This document shows, piece after piece, positions 10,792 through 21,251 of a stretch of 64,000 bases of DNA. A model generated the notes under the pieces. It ran no database searches. It was not told the origin of the DNA and was given only the letters and a program-made list of their open reading frames with translations. The stretch is taken from positions 2,254 through 66,253 of the forward strand of contig CAZADG010000003.1 in the NCBI GenBank assembly GCA_964483865.1, in the 5' to 3' direction. The DNA comes from an uncultured Mycobacterium sp. (lineage in GTDB: Bacteria; Actinomycetota; Actinomycetes; Mycobacteriales; Mycobacteriaceae). The position numbers were made by a program, and so were the translations under genes. Each line of letters starts with the position of its first letter. The stretch's first letter is position 1.

Positions 10792-13028
10792 TGTTTCTGC
10801 ACCTCCTTCTCCACGGGAGTCGCGAACAAACGGGACGGCCCGAAAATCTTTGACGGAACAGGGCTCTCCGCTGCGAGAGGCCGGCCGCGGCCGCGGACCG
10901 AGCGGATCGACATCACCACTGCCGCCGCTACCACGATGATCACCACCACCGCGAAGACGATCGACAGCGTGCCCTGGATGAAGGTGTTGCGGATGACGTC
11001 GGCCAGTTGGTCCGGGTTCTTGGCCGCCCCGAACGACGTCTTGCCGGCCGCTTGGGCGTCGCGGTACTGGAAATGCTGCGTCCAGTAGCCGAGCTTGGGA
11101 TCGCCGGAGAAGATCTTCTGCCAGGACGCCGTCAGGGTGACAACAAGATCCCACGCCAGTGGAAGTCCCGGAATCCAGGCCCATTTCAGCAAGCCCATCT
11201 TGATCACCACCACGGTGACCACCGTCAAAGCAATGGCCGCCAGCAACTGGTTGGCGATGCCGAACAACGGGAACAGCGTGTTGATGCCGCCGAGCGGGTC
11301 GGTGACACCCATCAGCAGGATGGACCCCCAACCCGCGACCACGACGATGCTGCAGACCCAGGCGCCGATCTTCCAACTCGGATCATGCAGACGGCGAAAT
11401 GGCCCGCCGAGGTTGCTCAGCCCGTCGGAGAGCATGAAGCGGGCTACCCGGGTGCCGGCGTCGATGGTGGTCAGGATGAACAGTGCCTCGAACATGATCG
11501 CGAAGTGGTACCAGAACGCCTTCAGGCCGCTGCCGCCGAACACCGAGAGCACCTGGGCCATCCCGAAGGCCAGGGTGGGTGCGCCGCCGGTGCGCGAGAC
11601 GATTGACTGCTCACCCACGCTTTCGGCTGCTTCGGTGATCTCCGCGGGGGTGATCGGTGGCCCGGACAGGCCCAGTTTGTTGACGTAGGCAGCGGCCGTC
11701 TCGGCGGTCCCGCCGGTGGCCGCCGCGGGGGCGTTCATGGCAAAGTACAAGTGCTGGTTGAGGATTGAGGCGGTGATCAGCGCCATGATCGCCACGAATG
11801 ACTCAGTCATCATGCCGCCGTAGCCGATCAGCCGCATCTGGCTTTCCTTCTCCAGCAGCTTGGGCGTAGTGCCCGAGGCGATCAGCGAATGGAAACCCGA
11901 CAGCGCCCCGCAGGCGATGGTGATGAACAGGAACGGGAACAGCGAACCGGCGAACACCGGTCCTGCGCCGGATGTGGCGAACTGCGAGATCGCAGGGGCC
12001 TCCATCACCGGACGGGCCACCAGAATTCCGACGGCCAGCAGTGCGATGGTCCCGATCTTCATGAACGTCGACAGGTAATCGCGCGGTGCCAGCAGCAGCC
12101 AGACCGGCAGCACCGAGGCGGCCAAGCCGTAGATGATCAGGCACCACGACAGGGTGACCTTCGACAGGGTGAACCACTGTTCACCCCACTCGGTGTGGCC
12201 TACCCAGCCGCCGGCCACCACGGCGGCCAGCAGCAGTGCGACCCCGATCAGCGACACCTCCGAGACCCGACCGGGCCGCAGGTAGCGCAAATACAGGCCC
12301 ATGAAGATCGCAATCGGGATGGTCATCGCGATCGAGAAGACACCCCAGGGGCTTTCGGCCAGCGCGTTGACAACCACCAGGCCCAGCACCGCCAGCAGGA
12401 TCACCATGATCACCAGAACCCCGATGATCGCGGCCGCGCCGCCGACCACTCCGAGTTCGTCGCGGGCCATCTGACCCAGCGAACGTCCTCGGCGCCGCGT
12501 CGAGATGGTCAGCACCAGATAGTCCTGCACGCAACCGGCCAAGACCGCACCGATGATGATCCAGATGGTGCCTGGCAGATACCCCATCTGGGTGGCCAGT
12601 ACCGGACCAACCAGCGGGCCCGCCCCGGCGATCGCAGCGAAGTGGTGCCCGAACAGTACCCGCCGGTCGGTGGGCATGTAGTCGGTGCCGTTCTCGTAGA
12701 TCTCAGCGGGGGTGGCGTGGTCGTCGCGCGGGCGCACGATCTTCATCTCGATCAGTCGGGCGTAGAACCGGAACCCGATGACATAGGTGCAGATCGCCGC
12801 GATCACGAACCAGACTGCGTTGACGGTCTCGCCGCGGACGAAGGCGATGACGGCCCAGGCCAGCGCGCCCAGAACCGCGACGCCGCCGAAGATCAGTTTG
12901 TGCCTGGTGGTGATCGGCGAGCGGTCGATGATCGCGACCGGCGGCAGGTCCTTGTCGGTGCGGACGAAGGTGACTTCGCCGCGGACCTCCTCGAAGCGTT
13001 CCGGCGGCGCGGCGGACGGTGATGCCAC
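10737..13028 (-). CDS. cstA: Carbon starvation protein A (peptide/pyruvate transporter)
   Basis: GHHFAAIAGAGPLVGP, PRDYLSTF, IACGALSGFH, LFPLFGIANQLLA; AGGAGG RBS + GTG 13028. Confidence 0.95.
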   Translation of the reverse strand: MASPSAAPPERFEEVRGEVTFVRTDKDLPPVAIIDRSPITTRHKLIFGGVAVLGALAWAVIAFVRGETVNAVWFVIAAICTYVIGFRFYARLIEMKIVRPRDDHATPAEIYENGTDYMPTDRRVLFGHHFAAIAGAGPLVGPVLATQMGYLPGTIWIIIGAVLAGCVQDYLVLTISTRRRGRSLGQMARDELGVVGGAAAIIGVLVIMVILLAVLGLVVVNALAESPWGVFSIAMTIPIAIFMGLYLRYLRPGRVSEVSLIGVALLLAAVVAGGWVGHTEWGEQWFTLSKVTLSWCLIIYGLAASVLPVWLLLAPRDYLSTFMKIGTIALLAVGILVARPVMEAPAISQFATSGAGPVFAGSLFPFLFITIACGALSGFHSLIASGTTPKLLEKESQMRLIGYGGMMTESFVAIMALITASILNQHLYFAMNAPAAATGGTAETAAAYVNKLGLSGPPITPAEITEAAESVGEQSIVSRTGGAPTLAFGMAQVLSVFGGSGLKAFWYHFAIMFEALFILTTIDAGTRVARFMLSDGLSNLGGPFRRLHDPSWKIGAWVCSIVVVAGWGSILLMGVTDPLGGINTLFPLFGIANQLLAAIALTVVTVVVIKMGLLKWAWIPGLPLAWDLVVTLTASWQKIFSGDPKLGYWTQHFQYRDAQAAGKTSFGAAKNPDQLADVIRNTFIQGTLSIVFAVVVIIVVAAAVVMSIRSVRGRGRPLAAESPVPSKIFGPSRLFATPVEKEVQKQWDALPESVARSVGTSAR

Positions 13029-13120
13029 GGTTGCCTCCTCCTGATGGTGCTGGTCCCTGATCCTTGCACCCGCATCGTCAGCCCCGCCGAGGCTTGGACT
13101 GTCTGGCGTGGTGCGGCGTC

Positions 13121-14167
13121 TCACCTCATGTGCAGGTAGTAGGTGAGTGTTCGTGGGGCCACTTCACTGCCGCCGAACCAGCCCGTGACCCGGGCGCTGG
13201 TCCAGAAGTTCGGCTTCAGGCCCTCGGGGTAGGGCTTGAACACGGTGCGGTCGCCGTAGGTGACGGTGATGCCGTTGTAGTCGACGGCGTAGCCGAATGT
13301 CTCTTCGGCCGACACGGTGATGATCTCGTCCTCGGTGGGAAAGACGTACGCGAAGTTGTTGTCGAAGAACGGCCCGACCTCGAAGGTGTTGTCGTGGAGG
13401 TTGTAGCGCCAGACGACCATGCCGGCGTTGCGTTCGGGTCGCCACGGCGTGAAGGTGATACCCGCCAGTTTGTTCCAGTCGTACTGATCCTCGTCCTTGA
13501 GGTCGTAGATCGAATCGTCCGTGAAGGTGGCGTCGCCGGAAACCCGTGTGACCCAGACTCCCCAACGGTTGGGGACTACAAAGTGAACCCCTTTGAAGAT
13601 CGTGATCCGCCGGCCACGGGGATCGGCGAGGAACCGACCGCGCACGGATGAGGCGAGCGGGTCTGGTGACTCCGCGGCCACCCGTATCTTTGCCGATGCG
13701 TCGGACACCAGGGCCGGGGAACTCTTTCGAGCCTGAGGCAACGCCGTCGACAGCGTGGCCGTCGACGGCACGGCCCTCGACTGCACGGCGAGAGCGGGCT
13801 GTGGCGGGACCGGCGGTTGCCGGTCGAGCGCCGACGACGTCGTCGCACTCGTGACGGTGGATGCAGGCGGGGCCGACTGGCGCGACCTGCTGGATTCCGG
13901 GGCGTTGACCGCGGCCGGCCCCGGGATGGACCGTGGACGTGAGTTCGATGAACCCGCGCGCAATACCTTGGTAGTCGGCAAATCGCGCCGGGTGAACGCG
14001 GGGGCCGGCGCCCGGTGCCGACCGGCTTCAGCGTCGGCAGCTGTTCCGGTTGAGGATTCGGCAGGGGCCGCCGATGAGTTCGCCGCTGTGGCCAGGCCGA
14101 TGATGCACCCCGCCGCAAGCATCGTGGCCATGCCCGTCAAACGTCCCACCAGGCCTGCCGTCGTCAT
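13121..14167 (-). CDS. Secreted hypothetical protein: low-complexity linker plus aromatic-rich C-terminal domain
   Basis: Signal peptide, Ala/Pro/Ser linker, C-terminal domain DQYDWNKLAG...WRYN...WFGGSEVAP with coding-like codon usage. Confidence 0.7.
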   Translation of the reverse strand: MTTAGLVGRLTGMATMLAAGCIIGLATAANSSAAPAESSTGTAADAEAGRHRAPAPAFTRRDLPTTKVLRAGSSNSRPRSIPGPAAVNAPESSRSRQSAPPASTVTSATTSSALDRQPPVPPQPALAVQSRAVPSTATLSTALPQARKSSPALVSDASAKIRVAAESPDPLASSVRGRFLADPRGRRITIFKGVHFVVPNRWGVWVTRVSGDATFTDDSIYDLKDEDQYDWNKLAGITFTPWRPERNAGMVVWRYNLHDNTFEVGPFFDNNFAYVFPTEDEIITVSAEETFGYAVDYNGITVTYGDRTVFKPYPEGLKPNFWTSARVTGWFGGSEVAPRTLTYYLHMR

Positions 14168-14322
14168 GTGCGTGTCGCCCCCTGTCCGGTCGCCGGGAGC
14201 AGCATAAACGGGCGCTTGGGTGGATTTCGCTCGAAGTCCCCTGCCGACATCCACCGAATGGGGGATGCGCTCACCGCGAATCCCGGCAGGCTCTAGTGCT
14301 CAACCCCGAGGAGGTGAATGCC

Positions 14323-15600
14323 ATGCCGGTATGGCGTCTGCGCGATTACCACGACGAGGACCTCGACCAGGCGATCGGTGTGTGGGATCAGAGCCGGGGC
14401 CCGGGCTCGGCCGAACCGGTGTTCAGCGTCGCCGAGGTGATGGCCGCCGCGCGGTCCGGCGAGCCGGCGGTGGTCGCCGAGGTGGGCGACGAGGTGGTCG
14501 GCATGGCGGTGGCCCAGACCCAGGGCGAGCGGGCCTGGATCCTGCTACTGGCCATCGGATCGCGGTGGCGTAACCGGGGGATCGGCTCGGCACTGCTGGC
14601 CGACCTTGAGCGGCGGCTGCGCTCGGCGGGGGTGCGACGGATCTGTGCGGCGCTGCCGGACGGGGCCACCGGTGCTGCGGCACTGGAGAACTCGGGTTAC
14701 GCGCGCCGCGATCGGCTGGTGTACTACGAGCTGCTCGAGCACCTGGGACCCGATCAGGCCAACCTCCTCGATGAACTGGGCGGGCAGATCCTGCCACCCG
14801 GGTTGTGGGGCGACATGGCTGGTATGGAGACCGAGAAACAGATCATCGAACGGCGCATCGTCGACCCGTTGGGCCACCCCGAGGTCGCCGAACGGTACGG
14901 CGTCAGCCCGCCTAAGGCGGTCATCCTGTTCGGCCCGCCCGGAACCGGAAAGACCAGCTTCGCCAAGGCTATCTCGTCGCGGCTTGGCTGGCCGTTCGTC
15001 GAACTGTTCCCGTCCCGGCTGGCGGCCACCGGTACCGGCGGACTGGCGGCGTCGCTGCGGGAGGCATTCGCAGACCTGGCCGAACTCGATGAACTGGTGC
15101 TGTTCATCGACGAGGTGGAGGAGATCGCCACTGCCCGGGCCGGCGCCTCCACCGCCGAACTCGGCGTCACCAATGAACTGCTCAAACTGATTCCGGCGTT
15201 CCGTCAGCACGACAGCAGGTTGCTGGTGTGCGCCACCAACGCGGTGCACTCGCTGGACTCGGCGTTCCTGCGGCCGGGCCGCTTCGACTACGTCATCCCG
15301 GTCGGTCCGCCGGATCAGCCGGCTCGCCGGGCAGTCTGGCGGCGCTACCTGGGCGCCACGAACGGGAACGTCGACGTCGACCGTCTGGTGACCGCATCGG
15401 AACTGTTCACCCCGGCCGATATCGAGTTCGCTGCCCGCAAGGGCGCGCAGGCGGCCTTCGAACGCGAGATGCGCGATGGGAAGGGGATGCCTGCCGTCAC
15501 CGAGGACTATCTCCGGGCGATCGGGGAGGTTCGGCCCACCCTGACCGCGGCGATGCTGGCGGAGTTCGAACGCGGTAAAGCAGAATTCGCTCGCCTCTAG
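14323..15600 (+). CDS. GNAT acetyltransferase - AAA+ ATPase fusion
   Basis: WRNRGIGSALL (GNAT motif A); GPPGTGKT, LFIDEVE, ATN, AFLRPGRFD; GGAGG RBS. Confidence 0.88.
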   Translation: MPVWRLRDYHDEDLDQAIGVWDQSRGPGSAEPVFSVAEVMAAARSGEPAVVAEVGDEVVGMAVAQTQGERAWILLLAIGSRWRNRGIGSALLADLERRLRSAGVRRICAALPDGATGAAALENSGYARRDRLVYYELLEHLGPDQANLLDELGGQILPPGLWGDMAGMETEKQIIERRIVDPLGHPEVAERYGVSPPKAVILFGPPGTGKTSFAKAISSRLGWPFVELFPSRLAATGTGGLAASLREAFADLAELDELVLFIDEVEEIATARAGASTAELGVTNELLKLIPAFRQHDSRLLVCATNAVHSLDSAFLRPGRFDYVIPVGPPDQPARRAVWRRYLGATNGNVDVDRLVTASELFTPADIEFAARKGAQAAFEREMRDGKGMPAVTEDYLRAIGEVRPTLTAAMLAEFERGKAEFARL

Positions 15601-15646
15601 ACACGAACGGTTTTACGCGAATGGTTCGGGTGGTACAACATTACCC

Positions 15647-15940
15647 ATGACTACGGGACAAACGGTGGGGGAACGCAGTTGGACCTTCCTGACCAACCAT
15701 GCCCACGTACTGCTGTGCCTGTCCCGGGGCGAGGCGCTGACCGCCCGTGAACTCGGCCTGCGGATCGGCATCACCGAGCGCGCCGTCCAGGTGATCCTCG
15801 CCGATCTCACCGAGGGCGGCTATCTGAAGAAGAAGAAGGAAGGCCGGCGCAACCTCTACACGGTCAATGCCAAAGGGCGGCTGCGTCACCCGTTGGAGGC
15901 CCACCACACCGTGGGTCAATTGATCACCGCCTTGGAATAG
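15647..15940 (+). CDS. Small winged-helix transcriptional regulator
   Basis: WTFLTNHAHVLLCL...ARELGLRIGITERAVQVILADL...GRRNLY...LRHPLE. Confidence 0.85.
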   Translation: MTTGQTVGERSWTFLTNHAHVLLCLSRGEALTARELGLRIGITERAVQVILADLTEGGYLKKKKEGRRNLYTVNAKGRLRHPLEAHHTVGQLITALE

Positions 15941-15992
15941 TTCGGCATAGCCCTGCGGGAAGGCGGCCGCCGCAGGGCGGTAACGTCCGAGC

Positions 15993-18149
15993 ATGGCTAT
16001 TGCACTGACCGACGACCACCGCGAACTCGGCGATGTCGCCCGCTCCTTCCTGACCGCGCAGAAGGCCCGCGGCGCGGCTCGGGAATTGCTCGACGCCGAC
16101 GACGAATCCCTTCCGCCGTTCTGGCGGGAACTAGCCGAACTGGGCTGGCTGGGACTGCACGTCGACGAGGCTCATGGCGGGTCCGGTTTCGGGCTGCCCG
16201 AAGTGGCCGTCGTCATCGACGAACTCGGCCGAGCGGTGGCACCCGGACCGTTTGTGCCCACCGTGGTGGTCTCAGCGGTCCTCGACGCACTCGGCACCGA
16301 CGAACAGAAGTCCCGGCTGCTGCCAGGGCTGGTCGATGGATCCCGCACCGGTGCAGTCGGTTTCGGTGGCGCCGTGACGGTAGCCGGGGGCCGGGCGTCC
16401 GGCGACGCCGGTGTGGTGCTCGGGGCCGGACTGGCGGACCTGTTGCTGATCGCCGCGGGCGAGGACATGCTGCTGGTGGAGCGTGCGGCCGACGGTGTCA
16501 CGGTCCATTCGCCCAAGAATCTCGACCGCACCCGTCGCTCGGGAACCGTCGTGCTCTCCGACGTCGCCGTCGACGTGCTGCCGGGCGCACGCGATGCCGC
16601 ACTGGCCCGCGCCCGCACCCTGTTCGCGGCCGAAGCCGTCGGCGGGGCGTCGGATTGTGTCGACGCCGCCGTCGAATACGCCAAGGTACGCGAGCAGTTC
16701 GGCCGCACCATCGCGACCTTCCAGGCGGTCAAACACCACTGTGCCAACATGCTGGTGGCCGCCGAGTCGGCGGTGGCCTGCGTATGGGACGCCGCCCGCG
16801 CCGCCGGGGAGGACGAGCAACAGTTCCACCTCATCGCCGCGGCCGCCGCGACGCTGGCCTTCCCGGCCTACGTCCGCAACGCCGAACTGAACATCCAGGT
16901 GCACGGCGGTATCGGATTCACCTGGGAGCACGACGCGCACCTGCATTTGCGGCGCGCGCTGACCGTCCAGTCGCTGCTCGGTGGCGACGGTCCGGCCACC
17001 GACCTGTTCACCCGCACCGCCGCCGGACTCACGCGCGCCAACAGCCTCGATCTGCCGCCTGAGGCGGAGGCGATGCGCGCCGAGATTCGCGCCGAAGCCC
17101 AACGTATCGCCGCGCTGGACGAGAAGGCCCAACTCGACGAACTGATCGCCACCGGCTACGTCATGCCGCACTGGCCCAAGCCCTGGGGCCGGGCCGCCGG
17201 CGCCGTTGAGCAACTTCTGGTGGAGGAGGAATTCGCCGCCGCCGGCGTCGTGCGCCCGGACTACGGCATCACCGGATGGGTGATCCTCACCCTGATACAG
17301 CACGGAACCCCTTCGCAGATCGAGCGTTTCGTGGAGAAGGCACTGCGCAAGGACGAGATCTGGTGCCAGCTTTTCTCCGAACCATCCGCCGGTTCCGACG
17401 CCGCCGCGGTCAAGACCAGGGCCACCCGGGTCGACGGCGGCTGGACGGTCAGCGGCCAGAAGGTGTGGACCTCCGGCGCTCACTACGCCAAGCGCGGATT
17501 AGCGACCGTCCGAACGGATTTCGACGGACCCAAGCATGCCGGGATCACCATGGTGATCCTCGACATGAATGCCCCCGGGGTGGAGGTCCGGCCGCTGCGG
17601 CAGATCACCGGCGGCAAGGAGTTCAACGAGGTCTTCTTCAACGACGTCTTTGTGCCCGATGAGGACGTCGTCGGGGAACCCAATGCCGGCTGGACGGTGG
17701 CACGGGCCACTCTCGGCAACGAGCGGGTGAGTATCGGCGGGGGAGCGGGCGGTATCGCGCCGGCCACGGCCTGGCTGGTCGACCTGACCAAGCGGCACGG
17801 CGACCGGATGGCCGGCGCCACGGCGCGGGTGGGCAGGTTCCTCGCCGACGACCACGGGCTGCGACTGCTCAACCTGCGCCGTGCGGCCCGAAGCATCGAG
17901 GGAGCCGGGCCCGGACCGGAAGGCAACATCACCAAACTCAAGCTGGCTGAACACTTCGGCGAGCAGGGTGCGATCGCCGCCGCGCTGGTCGGGCCGGAGT
18001 TGGCCCTGGACGAGGGGGAGGCGGCACTGGCCGCGCGTGCCGCGATGGGCGCCCGTGGGATGGCCATCGCCGGCGGCACCTCGGAGGTGGCCCGCAACCA
18101 GATCGCCGAGCGCATCCTGGGCATGCCGCGCGATCCGCTGATCAAATAG
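15993..18149 (+). CDS. fadE22: Double-domain acyl-CoA dehydrogenase (FadE22-like)
   Basis: Two fused ACAD modules (REQFGRTIATFQAVKH; WCQLFSEPSAGSD; IAGGTSEVARNQ); synteny with cstA and cyp136. Confidence 0.85.
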   Translation: MAIALTDDHRELGDVARSFLTAQKARGAARELLDADDESLPPFWRELAELGWLGLHVDEAHGGSGFGLPEVAVVIDELGRAVAPGPFVPTVVVSAVLDALGTDEQKSRLLPGLVDGSRTGAVGFGGAVTVAGGRASGDAGVVLGAGLADLLLIAAGEDMLLVERAADGVTVHSPKNLDRTRRSGTVVLSDVAVDVLPGARDAALARARTLFAAEAVGGASDCVDAAVEYAKVREQFGRTIATFQAVKHHCANMLVAAESAVACVWDAARAAGEDEQQFHLIAAAAATLAFPAYVRNAELNIQVHGGIGFTWEHDAHLHLRRALTVQSLLGGDGPATDLFTRTAAGLTRANSLDLPPEAEAMRAEIRAEAQRIAALDEKAQLDELIATGYVMPHWPKPWGRAAGAVEQLLVEEEFAAAGVVRPDYGITGWVILTLIQHGTPSQIERFVEKALRKDEIWCQLFSEPSAGSDAAAVKTRATRVDGGWTVSGQKVWTSGAHYAKRGLATVRTDFDGPKHAGITMVILDMNAPGVEVRPLRQITGGKEFNEVFFNDVFVPDEDVVGEPNAGWTVARATLGNERVSIGGGAGGIAPATAWLVDLTKRHGDRMAGATARVGRFLADDHGLRLLNLRRAARSIEGAGPGPEGNITKLKLAEHFGEQGAIAAALVGPELALDEGEAALAARAAMGARGMAIAGGTSEVARNQIAERILGMPRDPLIK

Positions 18150-18165
18150 GCGCCCCTTCGCACTC

Positions 18166-18220
18166 GAGTGAGGAATCTCGCAGAGGAAATGCGAGTAGAG
18201 GTGTGCGAGGTTCCTCGCTC
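18166..18220. repeat. Long intergenic stem-loop (REP-like or terminator)
   Basis: GAGTGAGGAATCTCGCA (18166-18182) pairs with TGCGAGGTTCCTCGCTC (18204-18220), with two G:U pairs and a 21-nt loop. Confidence 0.6.
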
Positions 18221-18232
18221 ACGGCGTAGAAC

Positions 18233-18892
18233 TTGATGATGACCGGCGTCGACATCAACGTCCGCGGCTCGCACAGCGTGACGGTGCCGCCCGAACGTGC
18301 CACGGTGTTCGCGACGGTGAGCGCGGACGGCCCCGCGCCCGAACCGGTAGTGCAATTCGTCGCGTCCGTGCTGTCCCGGGTGACGGAGTCTCTGGAAGCG
18401 CGGCACAGCCCCGCGAGCGGCCCGGTCACCCGGTATGTCATTGAGCAGGTCCGCACATCCGCGCACCGCCCGTACAGCCAGGACGGGCGCCAACTTCCCC
18501 TGGTGCACGCCGCCTCGGCCTCGGTCACCGCGACTTTCAACGACTTCGATGATCTGGCCGCCTGGGTGGACCGGACCGCAACCCTTGACGGCGTCGGTGT
18601 GAACCACATCGAATGGACGCTCACCGAGGACACCCGGCACACGGTGGAACGCGAGATCCGGCAGGAAGCCCTGCGAGACGCGGTGCGGCGCGCCCAGGAC
18701 TACGCGGACGCACTGGACCTCGGACCGGTCGTGATCCGCATGATCAGCGACCCCGGAACGTCCGGGCCGGCTCAGCCCACGGTGCTGATGGCCCGCGCGA
18801 TGGCGGACCCGACCGGTGGGATGCCCCAGATTTTGCTGCGCCCTGACGACATCCAGATCGAGGTGCAGGTCGAGGCGAAATTCGAGGCTTGA
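18233..18892 (+). CDS. SIMPL (DUF541) domain protein
   Basis: INVRG...VPPERAT, ALRDAVRRAQDYADALDLG, C-terminal IEVQVEAKF. Confidence 0.85.
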   Translation: MMMTGVDINVRGSHSVTVPPERATVFATVSADGPAPEPVVQFVASVLSRVTESLEARHSPASGPVTRYVIEQVRTSAHRPYSQDGRQLPLVHAASASVTATFNDFDDLAAWVDRTATLDGVGVNHIEWTLTEDTRHTVEREIRQEALRDAVRRAQDYADALDLGPVVIRMISDPGTSGPAQPTVLMARAMADPTGGMPQILLRPDDIQIEVQVEAKFEA

Positions 18893-19011
18893 GGCCTTCG
18901 GTAAGCCTTGGCTGAATAGGCGTCTGGGCGTCTCACTGCCATAATCGAGCCAGTGTCCGATGTGAGCGCTAGACCCTCGACGGCGCGCACAACGGCAGCG
19001 AGGTGGGCGCG

Positions 19012-21204
19012 ATGACCTCGGTTACGACCAAAACGCCGGACCGCCTTAGCCGGGTCCCGCTGATCCAGCGTAAGCCGCCGTCAGTGCGGCCCGGACTGGC
19101 CGGCGACGCGAAACGGGTGCTTGCAGTGTTCGCCGCTTTCGTGGTGTTTGCCGTCATGTCCTGGGAATCCTTCGGGTCCGACGGAGGCCCGTCCTTCTTC
19201 TACCCCGCGTCGGGTGTCACTGTCGCGGCGATGATGCTCAGTCGTCGATCGCTCTGGCCCTGGATCGCTTTCGCGGTGGTGATCGCTGAATTCCTGGTTG
19301 ACACGATCTATGCGAGCCCGCCGTGGCTGTCGGCCGCCTACGCAGCCGCAAATGTGGTGGAACCCGTCATCGGCGCTTCGCTGGTTCTGTCCTGGTGCGG
19401 TGGTCGGCCCGACCTGCGCAGGCGTCGTGACTTCGCCCTCTTCATCCTGGGGGCATGCCTGATCGCGCCGGTTTTCGGCGCGCTGATCGGCGGAACCGCG
19501 AGTTCCTTCAACGAGAGGAGTCACTGGTTCATCCAGACGGCCACCTGGTGGTCCGGGGATGCCCTCGGCGTTCTGGTGATGGCCTCCCCGATTCTGCTGT
19601 GGAGGCTGCAGTCCAGAGTGCTGCGCCGGCGGCCGTGGGAAATGGCGCTGGTGCTGGTGCTCACGGGCCTTCTGTCAGTCGCGACGTTCTGGACAGACTT
19701 CCCGCCGTCGATCCTCATCCTGCCGGTTCTGGCCTGGGCGGGGTTCCGGCTGGACATGCTCGGCGCAGCGATCGCCGGGGCGTTGGCGGCGCTGCTGGCC
19801 AACGTCGTGTCGAACCACGGCCGCGGGGTGTACATCGACGTACATCTCTCGCCGGGTGGGAAGGTGACCGTCACGCAGATCTACATCGCGGTCATCGTGG
19901 TGGTCGCCATGCTGATCGCTCAGGAGGCCGCGGCCCGGCTACGGGCGGTGCAGGGGCAGGAGGCCGAGCGCCGGGAGCGGTTGCGGCTGCAAACCCTGTC
20001 CAGGCTGGCTCACCAGCTGTCTGCTGCCCTGACGCCCGAAGACATCGGTGAGGCGCTGGAGGATCAGGTACTCAACGACGCCGGCGCCAGTGCGTTGGCA
20101 ATGGGTCTGGTCAGTTCCGATGGCGGCAAGCTGGAATGGATCACCGCCTCCGGTTATCCACAGGCGATGCTCGACGAAGTTCGTGGCGGTGTCGACCTGA
20201 CGACGAAGACGTTGGCTACCGACGTACTGCTGTCCGGGATGCCCATCGAAATGCGGACCGCATCGGACTGCGAAGCCGCCTACCCCCACCGGGCGCACTG
20301 GTTGCAGGTCACCGGAACAGAGTCGATCGTCAGCTGGCCGCTGGCCGCGGGCGGTGCCCCGTTCGGCGTCGTGCAGTTGACCTGGTCGGAACCCCAGCCA
20401 CTCGACACCGCCCAGCGTGCCTACATCTCCGCGGTCGCCACCATGGTCAGCCAGGCGCTGGTCCGAGCCAAGGTCTATGCCGACGAACACGCTCGTGCGG
20501 CGGTGCTGCACTCGGTTGCTCAACCGGAGGTCCACGTCGACGCGGCCGGACTCGAGTACAACGTGCTCTACCGGCCCGCCGACACGGCGCAGGGACTCGG
20601 CGGCGACTGGTACAGCGTCATGGCGCTGCCGGACCGCCGGACCTACCTGGCGGTCGGTGACGTGATGGGTCACGGGCTGGCGTCAGTCCAAGACATGGCT
20701 CAGTTGCGTAGTACCGGAGACGCCTATGCCCACCTCGGTCTTCCACCCGCCCAGATACTCAGCGAACTGAACCGCTTTGCCGTCCACCAGATCCGCGTCG
20801 AGTTCGCCACCACCCTGGTCGCGGTCTTCGACCCCGCGCATAACTCCCTGGCATACAGTTCGGCCGGGCACCTGCCCGCGCTGTTGCGCCGCGCCGCGAC
20901 CGGCGAGGTGATCCGTCTCTCGGACGCCTCCGGTCCGATGCTGGGCCCATTCGACGACTCCGCCTACGTGGGAAGCGCCGTCCTGGTCCAACCCGGCGAT
21001 GTGTTGGTGATGTATACCGACGGCCTGGTCGAGCACCACGACGAGGGCGTCATGGCGGGTATCGCCCATCTCGAGCGGGCGGTCGCTGCCTCGCCTCCGG
21101 AAGCTCTGCTCGACTGCGAGTGGTTGGCCCGCATCGTCGCTCCGGCCCTGCACACCGACGACGTCTGCTTGCTTGTCGCCCGTTTCGGGCCAGCAGCAGG
21201 CTAA
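19012..21204 (+). CDS. MASE1-GAF-SpoIIE (PP2C) phosphatase, copy 1
   Basis: Multi-TM MASE1 (FFYPASG, WWSGDALG), GAF region, GGDWY, GDVMGHG, SAGH, YTDGLVE, DDVC; start uncertain (19003/19012). Confidence 0.88.
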   Translation: MTSVTTKTPDRLSRVPLIQRKPPSVRPGLAGDAKRVLAVFAAFVVFAVMSWESFGSDGGPSFFYPASGVTVAAMMLSRRSLWPWIAFAVVIAEFLVDTIYASPPWLSAAYAAANVVEPVIGASLVLSWCGGRPDLRRRRDFALFILGACLIAPVFGALIGGTASSFNERSHWFIQTATWWSGDALGVLVMASPILLWRLQSRVLRRRPWEMALVLVLTGLLSVATFWTDFPPSILILPVLAWAGFRLDMLGAAIAGALAALLANVVSNHGRGVYIDVHLSPGGKVTVTQIYIAVIVVVAMLIAQEAAARLRAVQGQEAERRERLRLQTLSRLAHQLSAALTPEDIGEALEDQVLNDAGASALAMGLVSSDGGKLEWITASGYPQAMLDEVRGGVDLTTKTLATDVLLSGMPIEMRTASDCEAAYPHRAHWLQVTGTESIVSWPLAAGGAPFGVVQLTWSEPQPLDTAQRAYISAVATMVSQALVRAKVYADEHARAAVLHSVAQPEVHVDAAGLEYNVLYRPADTAQGLGGDWYSVMALPDRRTYLAVGDVMGHGLASVQDMAQLRSTGDAYAHLGLPPAQILSELNRFAVHQIRVEFATTLVAVFDPAHNSLAYSSAGHLPALLRRAATGEVIRLSDASGPMLGPFDDSAYVGSAVLVQPGDVLVMYTDGLVEHHDEGVMAGIAHLERAVAASPPEALLDCEWLARIVAPALHTDDVCLLVARFGPAAG

Positions 21205-21251
21205 CTCGCGGGCCTGCCGAAACCGTCAGGCCGTTCTATACGCTCGCTGTT

